From an uncultured candidate division Zixibacteria bacterium (GTDB taxonomy: Bacteria; Zixibacteria; MSB-5A5; GN15; FEB-12): DNA of 64,000 nucleotides. The translations under genes were made by a program, and so were the position numbers. The stretch is from NCBI GenBank assembly GCA_963806185.1, contig CAWDXE010000008.1, positions 1 to 64,000 of the forward strand, given 5' to 3'. The notes under the pieces were generated by a model. That model saw only the letters and a list, made by a program, of their open reading frames with translations, had not been told where the DNA came from and did not search any database. Positions 9,245-19,442 of this stretch are shown in pieces (position 1 is the stretch's first letter; the number at the start of each line of letters is the position of its first letter).

Positions 9245-10351
9245 CTAAGCCAACAGCTTGCGGAGTGTCACGATGACCTCTTGCTGCTCGGCCTCGCTCA
9301 ATTCCGGATAAATCGGGATGGAGAACACTTCATCAGCCGCCCGACTCGAAATTGGAAAATCGGTCGGTTGGTAACCGAGATTCGCAAAACAATCCTGCTT
9401 ATGAAACGGCAGCGGATAGTAGATCATCACGCCGATCCCGGCTGCTTGCAGCCCGGCTTCAACCTTCTTGCGCTGACTCGAGGCTAACGTGTACTGGTTA
9501 TAGATGTGGAATGTCGAATACGCTTTCTCCGCCGGCAGACGCAGGCCCGGAATCCCCTTGAGGGCATCAGTATACCTGTGGGCATGTTCCCGCCGCTTCT
9601 CCGACCACTTCTTCAAATACGGAAGCTTCACCAGCAACACCGCGGCCTGTATCGTATCGAGCCGCGAATTATACCCCACCACCCGATGGAAGTATTTCGG
9701 ATTCTCTCCGTGCGCCCGCAGCGAGCGACAGTCGGCATTCCCCTGATCGGTATTAGTGACGATTATCCCGGCATCACCGGCCGCACCAAGATTCTTGGTC
9801 GGATAAAACGAGAAGCAGCCGAAATCTCCCATTGAGCCGGCCTGACGCCCCTTGTACTCAGCGCCGATTGCCTGCGCGCAGTCCTCGACCACTTTCACGT
9901 TGTGCTTCCGGGCGATCTCCAATATCGGATCCATGTCGGCTACCTGACCAAACAGATGCACCGGCATAATTGCCTTGGTCTTCGACGTAATCGCGGCCTC
10001 AAGCTTCTTCGCATCCATGTTGTAGGTGTCTTCTTCGATCTCAACAAACACCGGCTTGGCACCGAGCCGCGACACTACTCCGGCTGAAGCGAAAAACGAG
10101 AAATTACTTGTTACGACTTCATCACCGGGACCAACACCGCAGGCGCGAAGCGCGATCAGCAGGGCGTCGGTGCCCGAAGCAACGCCAATGCCGTGCTTGA
10201 CTTTGCAGAGGGCCGCGATTTCCTGTTCGAGCTTGGGGACCTCGGGACCGAGAATGTATCGCCCGTGCGCGAGCACGTCATTGACCGCTTTCTCGAGCGC
10301 CGGCTTGAGGTACGCATATTGACGGGACATATCTAGAAGTGGAACTGCCAT
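9245..10351 (-). CDS. DegT-family aminotransferase (WbpE/WlbC-like)
   Basis: YILGPEV, SGTDAL, PVHLFGQ, EDCAQAIGA, SFYPTKNLG, GYNSRLD. Confidence 0.93.
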   Translation of the reverse strand: MAVPLLDMSRQYAYLKPALEKAVNDVLAHGRYILGPEVPKLEQEIAALCKVKHGIGVASGTDALLIALRACGVGPGDEVVTSNFSFFASAGVVSRLGAKPVFVEIEEDTYNMDAKKLEAAITSKTKAIMPVHLFGQVADMDPILEIARKHNVKVVEDCAQAIGAEYKGRQAGSMGDFGCFSFYPTKNLGAAGDAGIIVTNTDQGNADCRSLRAHGENPKYFHRVVGYNSRLDTIQAAVLLVKLPYLKKWSEKRREHAHRYTDALKGIPGLRLPAEKAYSTFHIYNQYTLASSQRKKVEAGLQAAGIGVMIYYPLPFHKQDCFANLGYQPTDFPISSRAADEVFSIPIYPELSEAEQQEVIVTLRKLLA

Positions 10352-10359
10352 ACCGACCT

Positions 10360-11118
10360 TTATTCCTTCCAACCTTGATTTTCCAGCAACTGCTCCTTGG
10401 GAACGTCGCGAAATTCCTTCGCCGGTACACCGGCGACTATCTTGCGAGGCGGCGTATTCCTGGTGACCAGCGCTCCGGCGGCAACCAGCGTATCCTGCCC
10501 GATTTCAATGCCCGGCAGAATGGTCGCCTGCACTCCGATGCGAGCCCCTTTCCGGATCGTTACTCCCTTGAAGTGCTTGAATCTCTCTTCAGTGCGACCG
10601 ATGTAATTATCGTTCGACGTGGCTACACCCGGTGCGACAAAGACGCGATCCTCAAGTTCACTGTACGCCGTGATATATACGTTTGTTTCCAGCTTCACGT
10701 ATCGTCCGATCTTGCAGAAATTCTCGATCGCCACGCCCCGCCCGACGATGGTGAAATCACCGACCGTCACATTCTCACGCACCGTCGACAGATCAGCAAT
10801 CAACACCTTCTGACCGATCTCACACCCGCGGTAGATCACGACGTGGGTGCCGATTATACAATTCGGCCCGATCTTCGCCGCCGGCAATTCCTGCTCTTTG
10901 GTGGTGGCCGAATTGGCGGCTTTCATCGGCCGTTTGCCGATAATCGTACCGTCGTCTATCCGGACATTGTCACCAATGACGGTGCCATCGTGAATGATCA
11001 CGTTGCTGCCGATCTCGCACGCGCGACCGATCGACACCCCGTCGCCGAATTTACAGAAATCGCCGTAGCGTGTCCCCTCGCCGAGACGAGCGGATGACGA
11101 AACTACCGACGTGGTCAT
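10360..11118 (-). CDS. Hexapeptide-repeat sugar N-acetyltransferase (WbpD/WlbB-like)
   Basis: Repeated [LIV]G hexapeptides, VFVAPGV.TSND, VAAGALVT, VAGVPA. Confidence 0.88.
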   Translation of the reverse strand: MTTSVVSSSARLGEGTRYGDFCKFGDGVSIGRACEIGSNVIIHDGTVIGDNVRIDDGTIIGKRPMKAANSATTKEQELPAAKIGPNCIIGTHVVIYRGCEIGQKVLIADLSTVRENVTVGDFTIVGRGVAIENFCKIGRYVKLETNVYITAYSELEDRVFVAPGVATSNDNYIGRTEERFKHFKGVTIRKGARIGVQATILPGIEIGQDTLVAAGALVTRNTPPRKIVAGVPAKEFRDVPKEQLLENQGWKE

Positions 11119-12351
11119 ACTGAGGTCCTTTGTCTATCTGAAGTAGCTGCTTGCGCATTCTTGCGGCGTACGCCGGGGATCCAGCCGAAAAACGTATTGA
11201 CGACGTACGCCATTCGGGCGTGATCTTCGGGGTGCTCGTATCCGAGTCGATCGAGGTACCCCATGATCGCCGCCAGTCCAATGGCAATGAGAAGTGAGAA
11301 TCCGAAAGTGACGCCCACGATGAGTGAGCGGCGCGGGCGACTCTTCACCTCAGGCACTCGCGCTCTGTCGAGCACCGATATGGTCGGGATATTCTCCGAT
11401 TCCTGAATCTTGGCCTGCTCCAGCAAACCGAGCAGGGTCTCATACAGCGATTCGCTGACTTTCACCGTGCTGTACAAGTTTTCGTATTCGCCGCGCAACC
11501 GGGGAATGGCAGAGACAGCAAGAGAGAAATACGATGTGTCGGTCGTCCCCTTCTCAAGCTGCGACAATTGCTGCTGGACGATTGTGCGGCGCTGTTTTTG
11601 TTCTTTGAGATTGGGGTTGTCACGGCCGACCAGTTGCTCGGATACTTTGATATCCAGATCGATCTTGGCCAGAGCGATCTTCAGCTCCGTGGCCTGAGCG
11701 ATGGCCAGCTGGGTTTGTTTATCGAAATCAACCGCGCGATACTGATTCTGAAACGCCTCCAGGGCAGCTCGCGCCGAGTCAAGCTGGTGTTTCACGGCCG
11801 TCAGACGACCCTGAATAAATTCGCGATTGGCCGCTACCCGTTGCGTGGCGATACGACGATTGAGATCGTTCAGTTCTTCAACATAGGTATTGGCGATATC
11901 GGCGGCCATCTGCGGGTCGCGATCCTCCACCTTGATGCTGACCAATCCCTCCTCAGTGACCCGAAACTTGGCATGGTCCCACAACTCGTTGTATGTCTCC
12001 ATCCGATTGGGCGACTTGTATCTGGTCTCCAGCCCGAATTTGTCGATGACTTTGTCGGCCAGTGATCGGCTTTTGAGCATGCGGGCGTAGACATCCGAGG
12101 GTGTGACCAGCGCAGGCAAATTGAGACCGCCCGTCACCGAGGCTACTTCCGCCAACTGGGTCATGCCCGGCTGCCGACACGGTATTTTCTTTCGGGGGGA
12201 GAAGAAGCGCCTCGGCGCTGTACCATTTCGGCAGAATCATCGCCACGCCCGCCGACAGGAGAGTCAATACTATCACAAACCCAAGGATGAACCGACGATA
12301 TTGGGCCAGGAGTTCAAGAAACAACCAGAGATTGTTGCCCCGGTCCGTCAT
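11115..12351 (-). CDS. Wzz/GumC-like polysaccharide chain-length determinant, split by a frameshift near 12170
   Basis: N-terminal TM and 'PKWYSAEALLLP' in one frame (from 12351); coiled coil, 'VLDRA.VPE.KSRPRR' and C-terminal TM in another (12164-11115). Confidence 0.82.
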
Positions 12352-13673
12352 TGATCTCCCCCTTCCCACGATACTACCAACTCGTCGCCGTCAGCCACCA
12401 TGTCGCCCGCCCGAATGTCCAGGCGCATACCGGTTACCCGGTTGAGACGTTTAATGCTCACCCGCAGGGCCGTCTTCGGTACACCACCCGCGGCGTCAAT
12501 ATAGGCGCCGGCCGTTTGTCCGGCGGCAAACGGGAGAAATCGTGAACCGGAAGTCGCCCCGGTAACCGTCACATATCCCACTCGTGCCGGCACGACAACG
12601 GAGTCAAAAGGCTGCAGAGTCATCGTGGGCGTATTAAACATCGGATATCGCTCGGTGCCCTCAGGTAATGTCTTGCCGTCTTCCGCACGCCGGAAGACAG
12701 TTATGCGGTCTTTATTCGCTACTCCAGTCATACCGCCGACCGCGGCAATAGCGCCATCGACCGTCATATCGGCCCGGTATGCCAGCGATCCGGGTTGGGC
12801 GACGGCGCCCGAGACAACGATCCCGCGCTGCTGCAGTGCCTGCACCGACGGAGGGACAACAATATGCTGACCCGGTTTGACCGAATCGGACAGCCTGAGG
12901 TGTTCGGTCGTATTTGCATAGTGAATGAACGAAGTGTCCGCGGAAGACCGCAATCCACCCGCCAGCAGGAGCACGGTGCGTAGATCATCACCCGCCGCCA
13001 GCTCAACAGTTCCCGGCCTGTTCACTTCGCCCCTGATCACTACCGATTGTCCGGAGAGAGTCGGGACGAATACACTCCGCCCGGAGTAGAGCGGTGGGTT
13101 GCCCGTGGGATCCCCCAGGGCGAGTGCCCTTTCCAGGTCGACCCGAACCGTATCAGCTCCGCCGGAAAATACGATTCCCCGCCGCGATCCGCCGGGCAAT
13201 ATTCCGCCGGCCAGCGCAATTACATCGCTCACGGTCTGTGAGCTGTACACGCGATAGGTGCCCGCACTGCGCACGGCTCCGGTAACGGCGATGGAAATAG
13301 GCCTGGCTTCAGCGACACTGATGACGATCTCCCGCGCCCGAAAATACTGAAGCAGAGGTGCGGAGAGAAGCTGCCGCGTCTGGGCCAGTGTCTTGTGCGC
13401 GAGGTCGAATCGACCCAATCCCGGATCGGTCACGGCACCCTCGGCGTCGACAACTAATTCCAGCGGCTTCAAGGTTGTTCCGATAAAACTGACCGTGAAT
13501 TTCTCACCGGGCCTGATCAGATACGTCTCGGGATTAATTGGCTGATCAAAATTCTGCCAGGCCTGCTGCGGCAGCAATGAGTCAATCGTCGCGGACGATT
13601 GAGCATGACCCGAAACGGCAACCATTAGGGCGAGAAGAGAGAAGAATATGGGCTGTTGATACGGTCTTGACAT
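12348..13673 (-). CDS. SLBB-domain polysaccharide export protein (Wza-like)
   Basis: Signal peptide, YLIRPGE, repeated 'V.G.V..PG.......I..AGG' SLBB units. Confidence 0.88.
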   Translation of the reverse strand: MSRPYQQPIFFSLLALMVAVSGHAQSSATIDSLLPQQAWQNFDQPINPETYLIRPGEKFTVSFIGTTLKPLELVVDAEGAVTDPGLGRFDLAHKTLAQTRQLLSAPLLQYFRAREIVISVAEARPISIAVTGAVRSAGTYRVYSSQTVSDVIALAGGILPGGSRRGIVFSGGADTVRVDLERALALGDPTGNPPLYSGRSVFVPTLSGQSVVIRGEVNRPGTVELAAGDDLRTVLLLAGGLRSSADTSFIHYANTTEHLRLSDSVKPGQHIVVPPSVQALQQRGIVVSGAVAQPGSLAYRADMTVDGAIAAVGGMTGVANKDRITVFRRAEDGKTLPEGTERYPMFNTPTMTLQPFDSVVVPARVGYVTVTGATSGSRFLPFAAGQTAGAYIDAAGGVPKTALRVSIKRLNRVTGMRLDIRAGDMVADGDELVVSWEGGDQ

Positions 13674-13767
13674 GTTTTGTATTCCACCGCCCTCAGGTCG
13701 GGGCGGCACGCAGAATACCCAATCGGATCGGCAAAGTCAACCCTTTGCCGATCCATGGGATAGCGAC

Positions 13768-15465
13768 TTACCTACCAGTAATCTCGGGGATATCGAGCGA
13801 GCGATCCTCGGCCGACATCGGCCCGCGAGCCAATCTCCGGTCATTATAGACCACGGCTGCTTTCACGAACTCCCGGAACAGCGGATGTGGTCGCGTCGGG
13901 CGTGATTTCAATTCCGGGTGGAATTGGACGCCGACAAACCAGGGGTGATTGGGTATTTCAACGATTTCCACCAGGCGATTATCAGGCGAAACACCGGCCA
14001 TCACCAGCCCCTTGTTGACCAGCATCTCTCGGTAGACATTGTTTAACTCGTAGCGATGACGATGGCGCTCCGATATCTGCAGCGACCCATAAGCCTCGGC
14101 CGACTTGGAACCCGGCTGAAGTACGCACGGATAGGCGCCCAGGCGCATGGTCCCACCGAGCTCAGTGACGCCTTCCTGATCCGCCATCAGGTGAATGACC
14201 GGATGCTTGAGATCCCGGTAAAACTCAAAACTATGTGCATCTTCAAGCCCGCACATGTTCCGCGCGAATTCAATGGTGGCGCATTGCATGCCGAGGCAAA
14301 TGCCGAAGAAGGGAATATTATTCAGGCGGACATATCGAATCGCCTCGATCTTTCCCTCCACCCCTCGTTCGCCGAAGCCACCGGGTATGAGCAACCCGTC
14401 AATGTCGCCGAGAAATCGCGCCGCCCCCCCGTGCTTGATGTCCTCGGAACTTACCCAGACCAGTTCCACTTCCGCGTCGGCCGCCACCCCGGCGTGCACG
14501 AACGATTCGATGATCGACTTGTAGGCGTCTTTGAGATTCACGTATTTACCGCAAATGGCGATTTTGATGTTCCGTTTCGGATGCTTGATTTTGTCAACCA
14601 TCGCTTCCCAGTCGCTCAGATCGGGCTCCGGCACCTTCCACCCGAAGTGATCACACACAATCTGGTCGAAATGCTGAGCGTGATAACGCAAGGGGACTTC
14701 GTATATCGTGGAGACATCCTCAGCGACAATGACCGACCTGACAGGCACCGAGCAGAACAGGCTGATCTTCTGGCGCAAAGATTCGGATATCGGTTTCGTC
14801 GAGCGGCACAAGAGCACGTTCGGCTGAATGCCAATCTCGCGCAGTTCCTTTACCGAATGCTGGGTCGGCTTGGTTTTGTACTCCCCCGCCGATGAAATAT
14901 ACGGCACCAACGTCAGATGCAGGTAGAGTACGTTTTGCGGCCCTTCCTCAAGTCCGATCTGGCGAATGGCTTCCAGAAACGGAAGCGACTCGATGTCGCC
15001 CACGGTACCGCCGATCTCGGCGATCACGACGTCCACCGGATCGGCACTGCGCAGCAGCGCGCGAATGCGGCTCTTTATCTCCTCCGTCACGTGCGGAATA
15101 ACCTGAACGGTGGCGCCGAGGTAATCGCCGCGCCGTTCGCGCGTGATGATCGTGTTGTAGATCTGGCCGGTGGTGACGTTGTTACCCTTGGTCTGGGCAT
15201 TGTCGAGAAAACGTTCGTAATGACCCAGATCGAGATCGGTCTCCGAACCGTCGTCGAGGACAAACACCTCGCCGTGCTGGAAGGGGTTCATGGTCCCCGG
15301 ATCCACGTTGAGATACGGGTCAAACTTGATATTCTGAACGCGCAGGCCGCGCCGTTTCAACAGCAGGCCGAGTGACGCGGCGGAAATCCCTTTGCCGAGA
15401 CTCGAGACTACCCCTCCGGTCACAAATACGAATTTCGCTTGTGCAACTTCCGACATCCGTTCCAT
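13768..15465 (-). CDS. pyrG: CTP synthase
   Basis: FVTGGVVSSLGKG, DPGTMNPFQHGEVFV, GICLGMQ, QFHPE; start at 15465 or 15456. Confidence 0.98.
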   Translation of the reverse strand: MERMSEVAQAKFVFVTGGVVSSLGKGISAASLGLLLKRRGLRVQNIKFDPYLNVDPGTMNPFQHGEVFVLDDGSETDLDLGHYERFLDNAQTKGNNVTTGQIYNTIITRERRGDYLGATVQVIPHVTEEIKSRIRALLRSADPVDVVIAEIGGTVGDIESLPFLEAIRQIGLEEGPQNVLYLHLTLVPYISSAGEYKTKPTQHSVKELREIGIQPNVLLCRSTKPISESLRQKISLFCSVPVRSVIVAEDVSTIYEVPLRYHAQHFDQIVCDHFGWKVPEPDLSDWEAMVDKIKHPKRNIKIAICGKYVNLKDAYKSIIESFVHAGVAADAEVELVWVSSEDIKHGGAARFLGDIDGLLIPGGFGERGVEGKIEAIRYVRLNNIPFFGICLGMQCATIEFARNMCGLEDAHSFEFYRDLKHPVIHLMADQEGVTELGGTMRLGAYPCVLQPGSKSAEAYGSLQISERHRHRYELNNVYREMLVNKGLVMAGVSPDNRLVEIVEIPNHPWFVGVQFHPELKSRPTRPHPLFREFVKAAVVYNDRRLARGPMSAEDRSLDIPEITGR

Positions 15466-15466
15466 C

Positions 15467-16210
15467 CTACCTGTATAATGCATCCAACTGCTTGACATCC
15501 CTGGGCGCATCGATCGAAACCGAGCGCATGTTCGTCGAAAACACCCTGATCGCCGTGCCGTGCTCGAGCAGGCGCAATTGCTCCAGCGATTCGGCCCTTT
15601 CGAGCGGCGTGCGCTTCCATGTGCCATACGCGCGCAGCACTTCACTGCGATAGAAGTAAACACCGATGTGCACCATGTACGGGAATTGCCCCACGGCCGT
15701 CCGATTGTCCGGGCGCTGCAAATGGGGGATCACCGAACGCGAAAACCAGAGCGCCCGACCATCGCCGTCGGTCACCACCTTCGTGCAATTCGGGTCATGC
15801 AATTCCTGATCCGACGTTATCCGCCGTGCCAGCGTGGCGCAGACAATCGATCGCTCCCGTTTCATCGCCGTCACGACCTTGTCCAGCACGGCCGGCTTCA
15901 GGCCCAGGTTGTCCGCCTGGACGTTGACGATGATATCACCGCCGAACCGCTTCAAAACTTCGGACGCACGGTCACTGCCGGTCTGATGTTTTGCCGATGT
16001 CCGCACTACGGTGGCCCCAAAGTTTTGGGCGGCATTCATGATTTCTTTGTCCGAGGTCGCAATGACCACCTCGTCAATGCGGCGGGCCCGGCGCACAGCG
16101 TCCCAGACATAAAAGAGAAGCGGCTTCCCTCGATACGGAAAGAGAACTTTCCCCGAGAAACGCCGCGATCCCAATCTCGCCGGTATGACCGCACACACTC
16201 TTTTCGACAT
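15467..16210 (-). CDS. kdsB: 3-deoxy-manno-octulosonate cytidylyltransferase
   Basis: IPARLGSRRF.GK, TGSDR, VNVQAD, ALWFSRS.IP, HIGVY, ESLEQLR; TGATG overlap with gatC. Confidence 0.95.
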   Translation of the reverse strand: MSKRVCAVIPARLGSRRFSGKVLFPYRGKPLLFYVWDAVRRARRIDEVVIATSDKEIMNAAQNFGATVVRTSAKHQTGSDRASEVLKRFGGDIIVNVQADNLGLKPAVLDKVVTAMKRERSIVCATLARRITSDQELHDPNCTKVVTDGDGRALWFSRSVIPHLQRPDNRTAVGQFPYMVHIGVYFYRSEVLRAYGTWKRTPLERAESLEQLRLLEHGTAIRVFSTNMRSVSIDAPRDVKQLDALYR

Positions 16211-16497
16211 CACCCTATAACCTTGGGTACGTGGAAGTACTCCTCATCTTTGTCAGGTGCATTGCGCAACACGACTTCGCGCGGCAACGACGGCCGGATT
16301 TCGTCAGCCCGAAACACATTTTCCGCCTTGATGAATTGATTCTGCGGCTCGACGCCGGTGGTGTCCACGGCCTGAAGCTGGTCAATATAATTGAGAATAG
16401 AACCCAGTTCTCGCGTGTAGAGTTCGACTTCGTCAGGAGTGAGAGATAGCCGGGCAAGTCGGGCGATGTGCTGAACTTGGTCCTTACTTAGTGGCAT
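16210..16497 (-). CDS. gatC: Asp/Glu-tRNA amidotransferase subunit C
   Basis: VQHIARLARL, VDTTGVEP, NVFRAD, NAP, F.VPKVI. Confidence 0.95.
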   Translation of the reverse strand: MPLSKDQVQHIARLARLSLTPDEVELYTRELGSILNYIDQLQAVDTTGVEPQNQFIKAENVFRADEIRPSLPREVVLRNAPDKDEEYFHVPKVIG

Positions 16498-16543
16498 GGG
16501 CTATGATACGAACGCCCTCCCGCATCGTCAAGCCAAAACCGGC

Positions 16544-16614
16544 GGCCGTTTCGTTCCGAAACATCACAGAAAAAGTCATTAGGGGCTAAAGACTTGGCCG
16601 GTTCGTCCGAAACA
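16544..16614. promoter_or_regulatory. Pair of imperfect palindromic sites, possible activator-binding (UAS) elements
   Basis: GGCCGTTTCGTTCCGAAACA (16544-16563) and GGCCGGTTCGTCCGAAACA (16596-16614) flank an AAGTC..GACTT inverted repeat in the divergent gatC/sensor gap. Confidence 0.45.
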
Positions 16615-16651
16615 ATGTGTACGAATATTAAACAGAAGGTTGTGATACGAG

Positions 16652-18028
16652 ATGATTTCGCTACCAGTTGCATCATCCGGGCGTGTTAACGTACACGCAG
16701 ATCGTCACTTATCACGATTGTCCCTCCCCTCCGAACCCGGTCACATTGCCGATATCGAGTCCTTACTATTTGGCCTGGCAATGCGCGGCCACCTATCGGA
16801 CCGTGAGCGTCAGTTACTTGACGATCTAGGAAAAAACCATTCGGCAGTCTTCCTGTTGAAAAACGAAACCTACTTGCACCCCGAGGACCTTGAACTCTTT
16901 CCCCCACAGACTCTGCACGAGACCGTCCCGTGCGGTATGGATGGTCTGTTTTCGCAGATGATTCGCTCACCCCGTTTCGAGGCCGCCTTCAGAGTGCATA
17001 CGACCGTCATCAATCCCGGCGAAACATCGCCCGTCATGTTCGGCATGTTCGGCCCCACTCAGTTCCAGCGTGAGACGCAGGATACGTTCGAGCGCCTGGC
17101 CCCGCTGTTTCGCTCGGCTTGGCGTATTGCGTACGTCGCATCGGCCCGGCTGACCTCGAACTGGCTGTCAGACCAACCGTTGCTCATTCTCCACCGTACC
17201 TCCGGTCGTATCATCGCGGCCAACAAATCGGCCATGAATATGCTGGGCATGAACGAAGGCGAGCTGGTCGATCAGGAATTCACGGCCGTCCGTCGACGCC
17301 TGGCTTCGGCCCTTGGCCGTTCGCGCCTCACCATGGATAACATCAATGAAGGCTCACTCTACCTCTCGCTGGTCACTATCATTCGCGACGTCGCCACCCG
17401 CGAGCGCAGTGCTTCGTACGTGACCGACGGCTTCCTGCATCAACTGCGCAATCGCATCACCACGCTGGGTACCAGCGCCTGTCATCTCGAAGCTATGACG
17501 AGCTGGAAATCGCAGGCCGATGAGTCGGAGTTGGCCAGGCTGATTTCCACCGAGACAGCCGCCCTCGACAACCTCGTCGGTCGATTCAGCCTCCTCACTG
17601 ATTACGATCGTTTGCCGCGAGTCGAGTGTGATCTTCGCCATGAGCTACAGCACGCCATCGAATCAGTCAGGAGCGACGCCCCGGCGTCGTACACTTTCGG
17701 CCTTGATACCTCTTCCGTCAATCTGCCGACTTTGCGGTGTCCCCAGACTGCTCTAACGTATCTTCTTGAATCCATCCTGCGCACCCACATTGATCACGGT
17801 CAGGCCGTCTGCCGCACCGGCATCAGCGTGGCTGCCGACAAGGAGCATGTCACCTGTCAGATAACGACGTCCGTGGCATCAGTCGGCGATCCGGTCCAGT
17901 TCAGCCCCATTCCACAGCAGTATGCCGAAGCCCTGGCCACGGCCATGGGCATCGACCTCGTCCAGGAACGCAGTGTCGTTGAACCCTCGTTAACCACTAA
18001 TCTCATCATTCACCGCAACCAGATTTGA
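16652..18028 (+). CDS. PAS-domain histidine-kinase-like protein with degenerate ATPase domain
   Basis: PAS-like 'GRIIAANKSA..MLG....ELV', H-box-like FLHQLRNRIT, no recognisable N/G1/G2 boxes; 4 bp upstream of a response regulator. Start uncertain. Confidence 0.65.
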   Translation: MISLPVASSGRVNVHADRHLSRLSLPSEPGHIADIESLLFGLAMRGHLSDRERQLLDDLGKNHSAVFLLKNETYLHPEDLELFPPQTLHETVPCGMDGLFSQMIRSPRFEAAFRVHTTVINPGETSPVMFGMFGPTQFQRETQDTFERLAPLFRSAWRIAYVASARLTSNWLSDQPLLILHRTSGRIIAANKSAMNMLGMNEGELVDQEFTAVRRRLASALGRSRLTMDNINEGSLYLSLVTIIRDVATRERSASYVTDGFLHQLRNRITTLGTSACHLEAMTSWKSQADESELARLISTETAALDNLVGRFSLLTDYDRLPRVECDLRHELQHAIESVRSDAPASYTFGLDTSSVNLPTLRCPQTALTYLLESILRTHIDHGQAVCRTGISVAADKEHVTCQITTSVASVGDPVQFSPIPQQYAEALATAMGIDLVQERSVVEPSLTTNLIIHRNQI

Positions 18029-18032
18029 GCCT

Positions 18033-19442
18033 ATGAAACCGACCGACCGCAACATGCAAGTTCTTATTGTCGACGATCAGCCGGCCAATTTGCGGCTGCT
18101 CAATATGATTCTTTCTCGCCAGGGGTACGTGATCCACGAATCCACCGATCCCGCTTCGGCGCAGGCAATTCTGGCCAGGCAAAGTATTGATGTCGTAATC
18201 ACCGATCTCATGATGGGTGAGCAATCAGGGCTCGACCTGATTCGATTCGTCCACCAGAACTACCCCGGTATCGAATCGATCCTCTTGACCGCTTACGGCA
18301 GTATTGAGACCGCGGTCGAAGCCATTCAAGCCGGCGCCTTCGATTATATCACCAAACCGTTCTCCAACAGTCAACTCGCCCTCAAAGTCAAAAAGGCGAT
18401 CGAGCGAAAGTCGATGAAAGAAGAACTGGCTGTTCTCCGTCAGCACGTGGCGATGAGCTACGGTTTTGACAACATCATCGGGATTTCAAAACCGATGATT
18501 ACGCTCAAAGAAACCGCCATGCGCATCGCCGACACCGACATTACAGTCCTGATCACCGGCGGTTCCGGCACCGGCAAGGAGCTGTTCGCGCGCGCCATTC
18601 ACCATCATTCGCGACGCCGCAACGGTCGGTTTGTGGCCATCGATTGCAGTGCCATCCCCGAGCACCTGCTCGAATCCGAACTGTTCGGCCACACCAAGGG
18701 GTCGTTTACTTCAGCCATCAATCATCGTAAGGGACTTTTCGAAGAGGCCGACGGCGGTACGATTTTCCTCGACGAAGTCGCCAACATGCCGGCCGCCGTG
18801 CAGGTGAAGCTCCTTCGCTTCCTGCAGGAGCCGGAGATTCGCCCGGTCGGATCTTCCGATTCAAAACGAATCAACACCCGGGTGATTGCCGCCACCAATC
18901 GCGATCTCGGCGTCATGGTCCAGCAGGGACAATTCCGCGAGGACCTCTACTACCGATTAAATGTCATTCCGCTCTATCTACCCAACCTGATCGATCGACC
19001 GGAAGACATAGAAATCCTGATCGAGTATTTCCTGCGCAAGATCTCCGCCGAAATGAATTGCGAGAGCTTCACCATTTCCCGCCCCGCCGTGGAAAAACTC
19101 CTCGGCCATCATTGGCCCGGAAATGTCCGTGAACTGGAAAACACCCTGAAACGGGGCGCGGCTCTGGCGACGAGCAAACATCTCGACGTCGATGACATCA
19201 TGTTCATCGGCAACGACTCCCGCGAGATAGCTCCGGTCGGCCCCAGCGTGCAGACGCTCACGATCAAGCGCGGCCTGCTGGGCGACAGCCAGCGAACGTT
19301 GATTCTGAAGGCGCTCGATACGAACAAGTGGAATTTCACGAGGACTGCCCAGGACCTGGGCATCGGCCGTACGACCCTGTGGCGTAAGATCAAGAAATAT
19401 GATCTGCGTCCCGAAACAGGTGAACTGATCGAGCAGGATTAG
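18033..19442 (+). CDS. NtrC-family sigma54-type response regulator (REC-AAA+-Fis HTH)
   Basis: VLIVDD, VITDLMM, GGSGTGKE, ESELFGH, GSFTSA loop, FLDEV, FREDLYYRL, WPGNVREL, LGIGRTTLWRK. Confidence 0.95.
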   Translation: MKPTDRNMQVLIVDDQPANLRLLNMILSRQGYVIHESTDPASAQAILARQSIDVVITDLMMGEQSGLDLIRFVHQNYPGIESILLTAYGSIETAVEAIQAGAFDYITKPFSNSQLALKVKKAIERKSMKEELAVLRQHVAMSYGFDNIIGISKPMITLKETAMRIADTDITVLITGGSGTGKELFARAIHHHSRRRNGRFVAIDCSAIPEHLLESELFGHTKGSFTSAINHRKGLFEEADGGTIFLDEVANMPAAVQVKLLRFLQEPEIRPVGSSDSKRINTRVIAATNRDLGVMVQQGQFREDLYYRLNVIPLYLPNLIDRPEDIEILIEYFLRKISAEMNCESFTISRPAVEKLLGHHWPGNVRELENTLKRGAALATSKHLDVDDIMFIGNDSREIAPVGPSVQTLTIKRGLLGDSQRTLILKALDTNKWNFTRTAQDLGIGRTTLWRKIKKYDLRPETGELIEQD

